45,648 bases of DNA from assembly GCA_000388065.2 (NCBI GenBank), contig KB932211.1. The stretch is one strand, 5' to 3'. The position numbers and the translations under genes are program-made. The DNA comes from Fonticula alba ATCC 38817 (Eukaryota; Protista; Nucleariida). Positions 11,701 through 23,390 of the stretch are shown piece by piece (the first letter of the stretch is position 1; each line of letters starts with the position of its first letter). The notes beneath the pieces were generated by a model. It did not search any database. It saw only the letters and a list, made by a program, of their open reading frames with translations, and was not told the DNA's origin.

Positions 11701-12963
11701 CAGTGGTCTTTGCTGGCTCCAGCCGGCCCGCATGCTGGCCATCCCCCCCGGCACCGGGCCCGGGTCCCTGGAGGGGCTGACCGTGGCGCCGGTGCCCGGC
11801 CCCGGGGCCGCCACCGACGGCCTGTCGCTGCTGCTCCTCGACCAAAGCAGTCACCTATGGAGCCTGGACATCGCACTGGTCCCCTGTCCGGACGGGTCCT
11901 TCCCCGCCCTGTCGGCCTGCCAAAAGTGCCACCCTGCCTGCTTCACATGCAAGGGGGCCCAACCAAACATGTGCACCGCGTGCCATGCGGACAGGCTCCT
12001 CTCCACTGCCGGACGATGTGTCGAGTCCTGCCCCCCCGGGGAGTATAACCCAACCGGGGAGCCCGTTTGTCATGCTTGTCACGCCACATGCGTCGAGTGT
12101 TCCGGCCCGGCCGGCAACAACTGCACCGCATGCCCGCAGCCGATGGTGCTCTTCCGCGACACCTGTGTCTCCTTCTGCCCGTCCCCCTCGCAGCTGTGCC
12201 AGCCGGCCGCCGAGTGCATCGAATGCGCGCCGCACTGTGCCGAATGCCTCGTCCGCCCACTCGACGCCGCCCAGACATGCACCGATGAGTGCACCTCCTG
12301 CCAGGAGGGATACCTCCTGGCAAATGCCGGCAAGCTATGTGTGGCGGCCTGCCCCTCCGGAACCTTCCCCGATTGGCCGGCCGATCATGGCCCGGTGCCC
12401 AGCTGCCTGCCCTGTTACGCCGGCTGCCGGGGCGAGTGCACCGGACCGGACCCGGCGCACTGCCTCGCCACAGGCAAGCAGGTGGATGCCGCCGTGGGTG
12501 CGTCCTCTGATGGGCCCTCCCTTGTGGCTTGGGCCTTTTCCTGCCCCGCCCATCGCCCGCCCGAAATGCAACACCCTCCGGCCGCACCTGCGCCGGCAAC
12601 ACCCACCACCGGGCACGCGCGCCTGCCTGCCCGGCCGTGCACCATGGCCCCGCTAGACCCCCCGCCATAGCTCGCACTTACTGACCCCCCGGCCTTGGCC
12701 ATGCTTCGCTGCTCTCCGGCCCCTTGCCCCCTTTCGCCTCCATAGCCGTGGGCCTTGGACTGACCCTGGCATTCTTGGTGCTTGGCATGCTGGCCTGGTT
12801 TGTGTACCGCCACGTGTGGCTGCCACGCAGGCAGGCCGGCATCTTTGGCCCATCGTACGATGCCAAATTAGCCGAGCCCATGTCCGGCGGCGCGGCCGAC
12901 GACATGGCGGCCGCCGCTGACGACCGGAGTGAACCGCTGTTGAAGGAGGAGATCTACCTTTGA
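8768..12963 (+). CDS. Receptor-like type-I membrane protein A (kinase-less), furin-like Cys-rich repeats, ~1210 aa
   Basis: Exons 8768-10133, 10449-12497 and 12746-12963 (both introns phase 1; total 3633 nt = 1211 codons). Signal peptide RPLGLLLALLMHSLLWW, CxxCxxxCxxC repeats, TM AVGLGLTLAFLVLGMLAWFVY and a ~50-aa tail ending EPLLKEEIYL*. Confidence 0.88.
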
Positions 12964-15733
12964 CGACATGCCCAGGGCCGGGTCTTCGCACGGGGATGCC
13001 GCACATGGGTGTCGTAAGCTGTGCTCGTCGCCCGGGGCCGCGAACCTCTTCCTTTTTTTTTCCACCCCCACCGCCAGGCACCTCGAGCGAATACACCGAC
13101 CGCGGGTCGTCCCCCCGGGCAAGGTTCCCAATACGCCTTTCTCCTTCCCGCTTTTTGGCCCATGCAAGGGCCCACTCATGTGGGCTTGCCGAAGGTGAGT
13201 GGCCGCTCGGCGTCGGGCGCCTTTGGCAGCGCATGGCGGGCCATGGTTTCCCCGGGGCAGGGCCGCGCGATGGGCCCATATGCGCACATATTGTGGGGGC
13301 TTGGTTTTCTTCGGGAAAGGGGCCGGACCCGGTCGAGCTGACCATGGCCAACACAGACCGAGCCCCGGCCGGGCCCACCCGAATGGGCCAGGGCGTGGCC
13401 CCCCGGCCTGCCTCCCTGCCAGGGCAGGAGGCCGGCCGAGGGCCAGGCTGCCCGGCAGCACGGGTCGCAGCTTGCCATCGCTCCTGCGCCATGCCCATCC
13501 GGCCTGCCCTACTGCCCAGTGGGAATGCACCGCCCTGTGGCCACCCGTGCGCGCACATCGGCCGACATCACCCGGTCTACCCATACGCCGGCACGTGCAC
13601 GCCGGAGCCGCCAAGCCATCTGGCCGCCAGCGCCCATGCAACTCGAGTGCATTCGCCTCCCGGCCACAGTGCCGTGTCACGAGTATCCATTGGGCCCGCA
13701 CCACCGCCCAAGGAAGCCCCGTGGCGGTGGTTCCCCCGCCCCCCCGCCCCCCTGGCGGGTGATTTGCCAGCCCGGCGTCGGGCCATCCTCCGCAGGCCCA
13801 GAGTTTCCCGGGGGGTATCCCGGCATCGGCCCTCAGCGCGCTCCGGCCATGCCTGGCTGCCGGGCGGCCCCGCCTAGCCGGGCTACAAACGGCGGGAGCC
13901 CCTTCGGACCTTCGAAACAGTGCCATGCTCCCCGTCGGGAGGGTGCCCACGCTACTCGGGACCCGGCATCCCGCCCATCGCCCATGACCTTTGCTCAAGC
14001 CTTTTGCTTGTACCAAGCAATCGACCTCCCCCCCGTGTGTCGCGCATCCCGCCGTGCCTCTGCTCGGGGGCCACGACTTCCGGCCCGACCTCGAGCCACA
14101 TCTCGCGATGGCATGGCAGGCCGGCGGCAGGGACTCCCTCTGCCCGGGCGCATGTGCCTTCCTCCCACCCCCCCCCCCCCCCCACACAAGCCAAGTGGTG
14201 GCGTCCCTTTCAAGGGCGCGCAAGGCAGCCGCGCGAGGCTGGACAGGCTGCCCGAGGGCCGCACCCAGCGGGGCAGGGCCGCCGGCCCGGCCATCGACAG
14301 GGACCAGGCGGCCGCCGGTTGCCCATGGTGTTTGGCCGGCCCCGGGCCGCCGGGCCGTCCTCGCGCCCAGGAGGGCCCTGGAGCCGGGCAGCTACCCTGG
14401 CAGCCGGCCGCGCGGGCCCGATCCCGGAGCCGCGCCTTATGCACGCTTCCAGGGGCTTCGGCTGGACTCGCTCGCTCCCCGGGGACCGGGACTTGCCTGG
14501 TGTCGCATGGGATGGAGCGCCGTCGGGCCGCCGGGCATCATGCCCGGGTGTGTGTCCCGGCCGCCGGTAGGCGCCCAGGCCCGACGCCAGTCCCGCCCAT
14601 TGGCGCGTGGCCTGCCATGCGGAGATCGCCGTCCCGGGCGATCATCGACCCCGGCGGTGCTTGGCGGCATGTGTGCCTCACGGCTGCCCGCGCGAGAGCA
14701 CCCTCTCGCCAGCACATCCCGACCGGTGCATCGGCGATTGTCGCCGGCGCCCGGAGGGGCCGGTGCCGACCGTCCGGCCGATGCTCCCGCGTGTCGGGCC
14801 TAGCTCGCTCAACGCGTCTTACCCGCCCGGAGCCGGCCGCCCGGATGCCCCCCTTCCCTCGCGCCGGGTCGCCCGCGCCGGCTTGCCTCGCGCCTTCCCG
14901 GCTGTGCCCATGGCCTGCTGTGTCGGATGTCCATCGCCGTGCCCTATATGGCCCGCGCAGATGGCTCGCCTTTGGGGCAGGTGTCCTGGGCGCCGGCCCG
15001 CCTGCCCCACCATGTGCGGGCCGCCCCGGCCCCCCGCCGGGCTCCATGCACCCCGGCACCGCCGTGCCGGAGGCCCACGCTCGGGCTTTCCCACGGGCCC
15101 CGCCCGGCGGACACGCCTCCTCGCCACAGTGGGACCTGCCCTCCGAGCGCCGCCCCCCGCAGCATGGTGTGCCGGGCCCCAGCCGGTGGCCGGGCTGAGG
15201 GGGCCTCTCTTCGGGCGCCCGGTCCCCGCGGCAATGCTGGCCCACGCTCGGCGCCGGAGTTCACCGACCCGACCCCGCGTAGGGCCCCGGCCCACCGCCT
15301 CAACAAGCCACCGGGCTGCCCCTGCCCCGGGTCCGGAGCGCCGCCGCACGCGCGCAAAGCCCCCCCCGGCGCCCCGGCGCCCCGGCCCAGGGCAGGGCGT
15401 CGTGCGTGTGCGCCCTCCTGCCAGGCGCGGACCACCGAGGCCCCGCGCACCGGACCAGCCACCCGGCCGCGGCCCCGGTCCAGATGGCCAGCCTCGGCAC
15501 CCCGCGCCTCGCGGGCCCAAGCGCGCGTATCGCCCCGCCCGCGCGGCGTCCGCCAGAGCACCCGGTCGAGGCCACCCCCCCGCCCCCCTCCAGGCACCCG
15601 CGGCAAGAACGGCAGACACACCGGAAGCTCGTGTATTGCACCATGGACAACAACGCTTGGGGGGCGCCCACACGGGGTGCCCCCCGCACAAGCACACACA
15701 CACACACAATGCCCGGGGCGGCTCTTTGGCGCA

Positions 15734-16045
15734 CTAGTTGCAGACATGCTGCAGGGCCCAGTGGTCGATTTCGCACGCACGGCAGTAACGCACAGGCGAC
15801 CGAGGCACCGGCACGTAGTAGCTCTGCTGGGGCTTGGGCTCGGGCTTGGGCTCGGACTTGGGCTCGGACTTGGGCACGGACTTGGGCACGGACGTGGGCA
15901 CGGACGTGGGCGCGGGCTTGGGCGCGGGCCTGGGCGCGGGCTTGGGCGCGGCGTCCGCCGGCTTCGGGGCGCGCTGCGCGCGGGGCTTGCCGCCGGGCGC
16001 GGCGTTACGCGTGCCGGAGGAGGGGTTGCGCGGGCCGGTGGGCAT
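15734..16045 (-). CDS. Small (103 aa) Pro/Lys/Ser-repeat protein with a C-terminal Cys/His cluster
   Basis: MPTGPRNPSSG...PKPAPRPAPKPAPTSVPTSVPKSVPKSEPKSEPKPEPKPQQSYY...YCRACEIDHWALQHVCN*. The 12-bp repeats preserve frame, and TATAAAAG lies 118-125 nt upstream on the same strand. An upstream in-frame start at 16075 is possible, and GTGCGT motifs near the 3' end could be donors. Confidence 0.5.
   Translation of the reverse strand: MPTGPRNPSSGTRNAAPGGKPRAQRAPKPADAAPKPAPRPAPKPAPTSVPTSVPKSVPKSEPKSEPKPEPKPQQSYYVPVPRSPVRYCRACEIDHWALQHVCN
15829..15950. repeat. Degenerate 12-bp tandem repeat (ttgggctcggac / ttgggcacggac / ttgggcgcgggc)
   Basis: About 10 units encoding PKxE/PTSV/PKPA tetrapeptides on the minus strand. 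Confidence 0.9.
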
Positions 16046-16162
16046 GGTCACAGGCTGGGACGGGGCACAGAGCAAAAAAGCTACGGGAGAGACGGAGACA
16101 GGGGAGGATGGCAGGGGCCGGATGGTTTCCCCTCGGTCCGAGCGGCTCCGCGCCTCGGGGGC

Positions 16163-16170
16163 CTTTTATA
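16163..16170 (-). promoter_or_regulatory. TATA box (TATAAAAG)
   Basis: Rare AT-rich motif in very GC-rich DNA; the identical 8-mer lies upstream of two other minus-strand genes (25891, 42347). Confidence 0.6.
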
Positions 16171-17912
16171 CCCGGCGCCTGGCCGCGACGCCGGCGCGCT
16201 TCCCACCACCGGGGTGCGCGGCTCCCACTGCCCCCGGGCCAGGGGCGCCGGCCTCCTCCGGCACGGGCATCCGCCCCGGGCGGTCTCTCGCCCCTGGGGC
16301 AAGCGGGCTCGCCAGGTCGGCAAGCAGCAGCCCCCCGCCCCCGCTCGGTCTTCCGGGCCGCCGCACGGTCCATCCTCTTCCCCCGCCGCAGCCACGGCAC
16401 CTTGGCTGTGGACGCGCGCCCCGGCCCGGCCGGGTCCAGGGCACCGGGAAGGGCATCCCCCTGCTCCCGGCACCCGCCGCCGCCCGCCTCGCCGGCCATC
16501 GCCCTGCCCCCTTGGGCTCTCGCGCCGTGCGATGCCCCCGGCCGGCCCGGGCCTGCCCCCTGGAAGGCCCTCGGTCGCCTCCCTGCGCCTTTCTCGAAGG
16601 ACAGTCCCATCGAACGGACGGCTTCGCCCGGCTAGCGTGCCAAGTTGCCGGGTCTCCGTGCTCGCCCGCCGGGCCGGCCGTCTGTTCGTCCGCTCACTGC
16701 GCCCCCCTCGCCGGCCCGGCCTCCAGACCCACGGCCCTCGGACGCCGGGCGAGGGCTCTTCACAACATGCGCATCATGCCGACACCCGGCCGACATGCTC
16801 GCCCTCCAGCAACACCGGCACCGGGCGGCCCCTCCCGGCAGCCGCTCCCCTCGCCCGCGCCGAGTTCCCACCCCGCCGCCCAAGCCTCCGAGGGGGGCCC
16901 CGCTCGGCCGATCACACGGCACATGGCGCCCCGGCCGCGCCACGGACCCCGCGCCGCCACCCACCCGACCGACGCCGTACCCATCACCCATCCCGCGGCA
17001 CTCGGGGCCATCCCACGCGCCCGGCCCAACAGGCCTCCCCTCTGGCCCCGCATCGGCCATCCCCTGCCCCGGCGCCTCCCTCGGACGCGGGCCGCCGGTC
17101 CCCGTCCCCGATGGACATGCACAACATCCCCCCCCCCCCCCCCCCCGCGCACGGGGCAGAGCCCCAAAAAAAAGGAAACAACAAACAGGCTAATCTAGTT
17201 TGCAGATCCCCCCGGAGGAGTGGCCCATGTTTGTTTTCTTTTCTTCTCCCAACGACCCCTTGTCCCCCTTGCCCCCCTTGCCCCCCTTGCCCTGTGCCCC
17301 ACTCGCGCGCGCGCGAACTCCCAGGTGGAACACCCAACTGCGCCGGAAATCGGGGTGGTCGTGATCTCCATGCCATGCGCGTGGTTCCGCTGGTATCACG
17401 AGGTCACCGGACTGCCATCGGGTGGTTTGCGTCCCTCGCATCGAGGCCACTCGACGTGACACTCTCATGCCCGCGAACCGCAGGCCGCGCCCCGGGGGCC
17501 GTGCCTATTGGCGCACGCATCCGCACTCCCGGACTGAGCAGGCAACAAGCACCGACGCTCGGTGCGCCAAATGGGGCAAGTTCCTCATGAGTGCGTGTTC
17601 GCCTTCGGCACGCCGGGGCGAGGGGGGGCGGGGGCAATGTACCCCGCTCCGGCCCAGGGGCCCCGCCGTTCGCCTCCCCCAATCATGGCGGTTGCGTATT
17701 CGAAACTGCCGTGCGCCGGCGCGGCCCAGGAAGAAGAGCGGCCCCCGGCCCCGGGCGATGGGCCGCCGAAGGAAAAGCATATCGCACGCACGGTCCCCTC
17801 GCCCTGTCCCTCCGCATCCCCCTGTCTCCCCTCCCTTCCTCGGTCTCCCCTCCCTTCCTCTGTCTTTCCCTCTCCCCCGCACCCAACGGCAAGCCGCCCT
17901 GCTTGGGCAAAC

Positions 17913-20900
17913 ATGGGCGTCTATGATATGCGACCTCTTATCTCGGGTGTCGGCCAGCTCGTCGATAACCTCCCTCCCGGTGAGGGGGACCAACTGCGGG
18001 TCCTCCCGGTGGATCTCAGCAACTTCGTCTACGAGATCCAAAAGAGCAACTCCCTTTTCGTCGACCAGACCCGTAGCATCTGCTTCGACGCGGATTTGGT
18101 CGTCCCCTTCCTAGATGTCCTGATCGATTGGCTTGCCGAACGCAAGGTGCGCCCTCTCCCCCTTCCACACACCATCCTACCTGCCACACGTGCCCGTGTC
18201 TGACTCCCCCGAGAGGTGTGCCCTGTCCACGCTGCCGCGGGCCAAGGGAAGATCTACCCCATTTTCGTGGCCGATAGCCTGGCTTCCGAGAAGAAGGAGG
18301 ACGCTTCGTTTAGGCGTTTCAAAGATAAAATCAGTTCCATGAACATGTACATCAGAGCGTACATGAACTTCCTCCAGCAGGGCGACGCCGCCCGGGCGGC
18401 CCAATGTCTGCGCGACCTGCCCCACCTGGATGAATGCCAGGTCGGCGAGTGCCCCCCCTCATGCACCTTCTCCGGAGGTAACCGCGAGACAAAGAGCTCC
18501 AGTGAATCTTCCGAAACTATTTTTCCCTTCCCCACGTACATCGGCTCGCCGGTCCTTTGGGACGCCATTTCCCATCACCTCAACACTCGTGCCCAGGAGC
18601 ACCCGAACAAGCTGGCACTCATCGGAAGCTTCTTCGAGGCCGATGACCTCCTGGCTCTGCTGAGCCTCGCCTTTTCCGTGCCCATCCTCACGTACGTCCG
18701 CCCGAGGCCGCCGCAGTCCTTGCCAATGCCAACCGGCCCGTCCTCCACTGACACTCGCCTTCCCTTCGCGCTTTCCCACGGGCCGGCCGGCTCGTTGGCC
18801 ACCACCAGTGGCGATTCCGACGCCTTCATCCAGGGCTACGGCCAGATCTCCTGCCGGTCGATCTTTCGCCGGCAATTCATCCTCACCCGCTCGGGGAAGG
18901 ATTCCCGGTCCTTCGGGCCCTCCGATACCTACTCGCAGCCGGTTCCCCACAAGTTGATGCTGTCCCGCCATGTGGCCGAGCAACTGCACACCACCGGTGC
19001 GTTGCGCGCCTTCGCACACGGCTGTGCCATTTTCCTCCTCCCCATTCTCGCCCCTGCCCCCCGTCCTCCCGGCCCCCGGTCGCCATGCCAAGCAGCTGGC
19101 ATCACCTCCTCAAGCCCTTGCCCCCCTCTGCCATCCGGAGCAGCAGCGGAACCCGGGCCCGAGAGAGGGGCCAAGCAAAACTCCCCACAGCTCCGTCTAC
19201 TTACCATCCATTCTGCCACACGACAAACCCAGTCACCAAGCTTGCCTGGCTGCCTCTGATCCATGGATCGGATCTCGTCGACGCGAGGACCTTCCTCCGA
19301 GACTTCCTCCCGGTTGATGTGTCATCAGATGTACACATTTCCCGGTATTTCAACGAGGTTGCTCTTCATTTGGAGTCCATAAAGGAGACGAACTCCACAC
19401 CCCCCGCGAGCCGCTCAGCCCGACACAGGCCGGGTGGCAAGAACAATAACAAATCGAATCCCGTGAAGCATCTCGGTTTGGAGGATGTTCGCCGGCTGCT
19501 CGCCGCCCTGCCGGAGCCGGCCGAAGTCCGCGCGTGCCATGCATCCCCGTCTGATAGAGGCCCGCCTGCACCTGTCGAGCCGCCGGCCACATGGCGTACC
19601 AATCGCGGTCTCCTTGCCAAGACTGTCCAGAATCTCGACCTGTCCAGCAATCCCGTCCTCCGTATGCTGCGAAGCCACCAGTCCGACCTGGACACCCTGC
19701 GCGGCAAGCTATATCCCCCGGTCGAGAGGGGGTCCCTGAAGTACATCCATGATAGTGTGCTCCTCTGCCTTGGCCTGCTCGATGCCTCCCTCCAGGACTC
19801 GCCCAAGGCTCCGACGTGGGCCTTTGCCGAGGAGCTGATCACCTATCTTGCCACGAATCGCGTCGCTCGCCCGGAAAGGCCATGGTGTATTTTTGCTCGC
19901 CGTCCTCCACCGTCGGTCGTTCCTTCACCCCCGTCGTCTTCCTTGCACCAGCGAGCACGTCGCCCACGCCTGCCCTCGGGTCGGGCAGCACTCTCATCCC
20001 GTCGCCTCGCCGCCGGGTCGGAGAACGCCGCCGGGTCTCCGGCGGAATCCGGCCCAGCCGAAGAGTCGCCGGCCTCGGCCATCTCGGACGCCCCTTCGTG
20101 CCAATGCCTCAATGCCCTGCACCTGACCCAGGCTCTGCTCCAGCAGTTCACCTACCTGTCCATCTACCACATGGCCTTCTCCTCGGCTCATGCCAGGGTC
20201 ACCCAGGGTCCGCCCCTGCGGGCTGTCGCCAAATACCTGAAAAATTTGCATGGCTGGGACTATGTCATCAACGAGAGTCTCTCGCTCCTGCCTCACATCA
20301 CCCATAGCACGAGAACCACCATTTGGGAGCCCGTCCGACAGGCGCGTTTCCTGATGTGTGCTTTGGCAGTCTCGGAATCGGCCGCGCGCCCCGGATTCGT
20401 CAGTATCAATGGCATGAACCACAACTACTACGGGCCCCTCATCTATCAACGCTCTCAAGAGCCAAACGGGACCCCTTTGCCAGCAGATGCCCCCTCGGAC
20501 GGTGGCATTCCGCGGCGCGAAGCCAACCCGGATCCGGTGACATCGCTCCCCGCCATGCAGGGCGACTCGCCTTCCCAGGACAAACGAGAAACGGCGCTTA
20601 GATTCAACATCGTGCCACATGCCTCCCGTGTCTTGCCGCTGCTGAAAAAGGTGGACCGTGCCCTGGGGTCGGCCGATCCCAACATGGATACCATCAGTCC
20701 CATACTCCTGGCTGTCATCCTGGCCAGCACCGGCGCCCGCTTCGCTCGGACATCCCATCGCCCCGGGGAGAAACCCACGACAGCCACTTCCTCCCTCCAT
20801 CGGGCAAGAGAAGCCCCCTTGGATGTTCCCCACTCTCCCTTCTATTACCGGGAGGAGGAATGCCTCAGGCGCCTGGATGCCTTGCTCGCCGCGCCTGGCC

Positions 20901-21343
20901 AGTGGCCCCCTGGCGCCTTCGACAACATGGGCATGGACAAGCACGAAATTAAAGCCGCCAAAAGGGCCCTGTCCAACCCTGGGGACACTGGCAATCTCGA
21001 GGAGACCATCCGCTGGGCTTTGAGGCAGATGGAGGAGGCGTTCATCGGAGCCCAGACCCCCCCGATGGATCTCCTGACACCTGCCGGCCTGACTGGCTGG
21101 CTGGAATTGACCCACACCGTGGACCCCCCATCGGCCGAGGATGCCATCCAAAGATTCAACACCTTTTCCTTGGGCCAGGCGGTCATCTGCTCCTGGCTCG
21201 ATGCCTTCTCGGCTCTCTCGGGGCGCCGCGACGCGCTGCTGCGTCTCCAGCACAGCCCTCCCAAGAGCGACATCTGCCTTCGCCCGGCCGAGTGCCGGGT
21301 TGCCATCTTCCTCCTCGGCATCCTTGCCAACATGTCTCTCTGA
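17913..21343 (+). CDS. Asteroid (ASTE1)-like XPG/FEN1-superfamily PIN-domain nuclease, ~1000 aa
   Basis: Exons 17913-18146, 18216(or 18252)-18691, 18809-18996 and 19191-21343. It has the family-typical MGV N-terminus and acidic motifs VDLSN, IYPIFVADS, EADD...PILTGDSDAF (assembled across a phase-2 intron) and H3TH-like LPLIHGSD. These match my recollection of the ASTE1 pattern EAD..PVLSxDSDF..LCGND. Confidence 0.8.
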
Positions 21344-23093
21344 TGGTGATACACCGGCTGGGCGCCTGGCTCGCCTTGTTTTTTGCGCACCCATATGCCG
21401 AGCCATGTTACCGTTCTGCTGCGTGTTCAGCCGGCTTCTCTCCGTCCCCCTTCTTTTTTCTCCCTCTTTCCCCCCCTTTCCTCCCCTCCTCCCGCTTTCC
21501 CCACTGCTTCCCCATACCCCGTGTAACCAGTGTGCGGGCTTGCTCCGTGCTTTCATCCAAGCAGCCCCTCAATATACCCCGTGCGTCGACCCTCTTTCGT
21601 GGCTCTGGTTGCTTCGCCCTTCGAGCGCACAACAGGAAGACACGGCCGGCAACCAGCCCGCTGTCGAGCATGACGCTCCCGCCGGGCGGGCCTCCGCGCC
21701 TGCGCACTGGCGCCTGTTGCCCGGTGCTCGACACAGCAGATCGCCTGGCCGGCCCTTGCGGCGGGCCTCCAGCAGCCCATGCAGGGGCGGATATTTGGCA
21801 TGGCAACTGCCCCCCGCCCAAGGGGCCCACATCACCACATGCCCTGCCCCGGGGGTCGATGGCCGCCGGGAGGGGCATCTCCTCGGGCACATGGCTGGCG
21901 GCCGTGCTCCGGCGGGCGGGGGCGCGGCAGGGGGGCAGCCCTGGCCGCAGCCCCATTCGCGGTGCGTCTCCCCCGGGACGGGCAGAGGGAAGCACGCCTG
22001 TTGGCAGTACCACAGCGAAAGTCCAGGCGCCCATGCGCGAGCGAGCAGGCTTGCGCCATCCGGGCACCGGCTCTCATCCAGCCGGCTGGGGGCTCCTCGG
22101 CCGCGGTGGCGCATGGGGCCAGCGCGCTACTGGCCGGTCCGCGGGCGCCCCGGCCATCTACCGCGCCACGTGCAATGCCTGCAACTGCGCCACACGCATG
22201 CGCCTGCCCACGGCGCCCTGGGCGGACCCGCGCCCGGGGCGACAACCCACCAGGAGAAGGGCCCCCGGCCGCTCTCCGCTGAAGAGCCCCAATGCCCGGC
22301 TCGGGGCTGGTGGCCGGCGTCCCCCTGCCGGCCGTGCTACGCATGGCGACCGGCCCCCGGGGCACATAGCAACCGCCGTGGGGAATGGTCCGCAGAGCGA
22401 GCTGCATGTGGCGAGGGCGTCTTTCGCACGCGCGCCGGCCCTGCCGTGCATGCGCGCGGACTTGCCCCGAGGGGCCGGTGGTGGGTAGGGGGCGCCTCCT
22501 CCAGGAGTGGCCCAGAGCCAGGCCGCGGCCCAGCACCGGACACGGCGTCCCCGGTTCCGGCCATGGGGCGCCCAGGAAATGGGCCCCGCTTTCCCGGGCC
22601 CCTGGCGGCCCCGGCCGCCGTGGGTGCCGGGCTCGCCCGCGCGCGTCCATGGCACGGGCATGGTCCCCAGGGCACGACGGGACGCCGGCGCTCCAGGCCA
22701 CGAGGGTGGCCTCCATCGGGCTGTGTGGCGGCCGGGGCGGGCTCGGGAACGCCTGTCGCCGCGTGGCGCCCTGCACGGCCCCGGGCCCGGGCTTCTCGCC
22801 GTGCCTGCCTCTCGCCATGCAGACCCTCGCTTCCGAGGGGCCACCGGACGACCAGGGCCCTGGCACAGCCGAAGCCGTGGCTCCGACGCCCGGCGCCGCA
22901 AGTCGCCTCCGTTGTCGGCCGGGCTTCTCACCGAGCCGACCCTCACGCGCCGTGTGCACATGCCCATGGGCGCGGATTTTCCGGAACCGGATGGGTCATT
23001 TTTTGGTTTTGTGCAGCGGCGGGCCTCCTCTATGCCGCGTCCCTGGGGCATGTGTCGCGGGCGGGGAGTCGGGCGAGGGGAAGCTGGAGATCG

Positions 23094-23160
23094 GGGGCGG
23101 GAGAGCGGGGGCGGGAGAGCGGGGGCGGGAGAGCGGGGGCGGGAGAGCGGGGGTGGGAGA
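23094..23160 (+). repeat. G-rich 14-bp tandem repeat (gcgggagagcgggg) x4-5, G-quadruplex-prone
   Basis: Direct inspection; alternating G3/G5 tracts. Confidence 0.9.
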
Positions 23161-23177
23161 GGGGCGGAGATGAATGA

Positions 23178-23390
23178 AGAGAGAGAGAGAGAGAGAGAGG
23201 AAGAGATAGGGAAAGAAAGAGAGAAAGAGAGAGGAAGAGATAGGGAAAGAGAGAGGAAGAGAGAGAAAGAGAGATAAAGAGAGAGGAAGAGAGAGAAAGA
23301 GAGATAAAGAGCAAGAGAGACACACACACACACACACACACACGCAGAGAGGGATAGAGGGGAAGGGAGAGAGAGACCGAGACAGAGAGA
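23178..23390 (+). repeat. Compound (GA)n/purine tract with a 30-bp internal duplication and (CA)n
   Basis: gaagagagagaaagagagataaagagagag repeated; CA run ~23319-23343. Confidence 0.9.

Noticed and set aside
13000-15700. Many 100-560 aa ORFs
   Set aside because: Low-complexity R/P/G/A translations expected by chance at this GC content.
17686-17912. In-frame upstream extension of the nuclease (MAVAYSKLPC...)
   Set aside because: The family starts at the MGV motif; the upstream region is pyrimidine-rich and UTR/intron-like.
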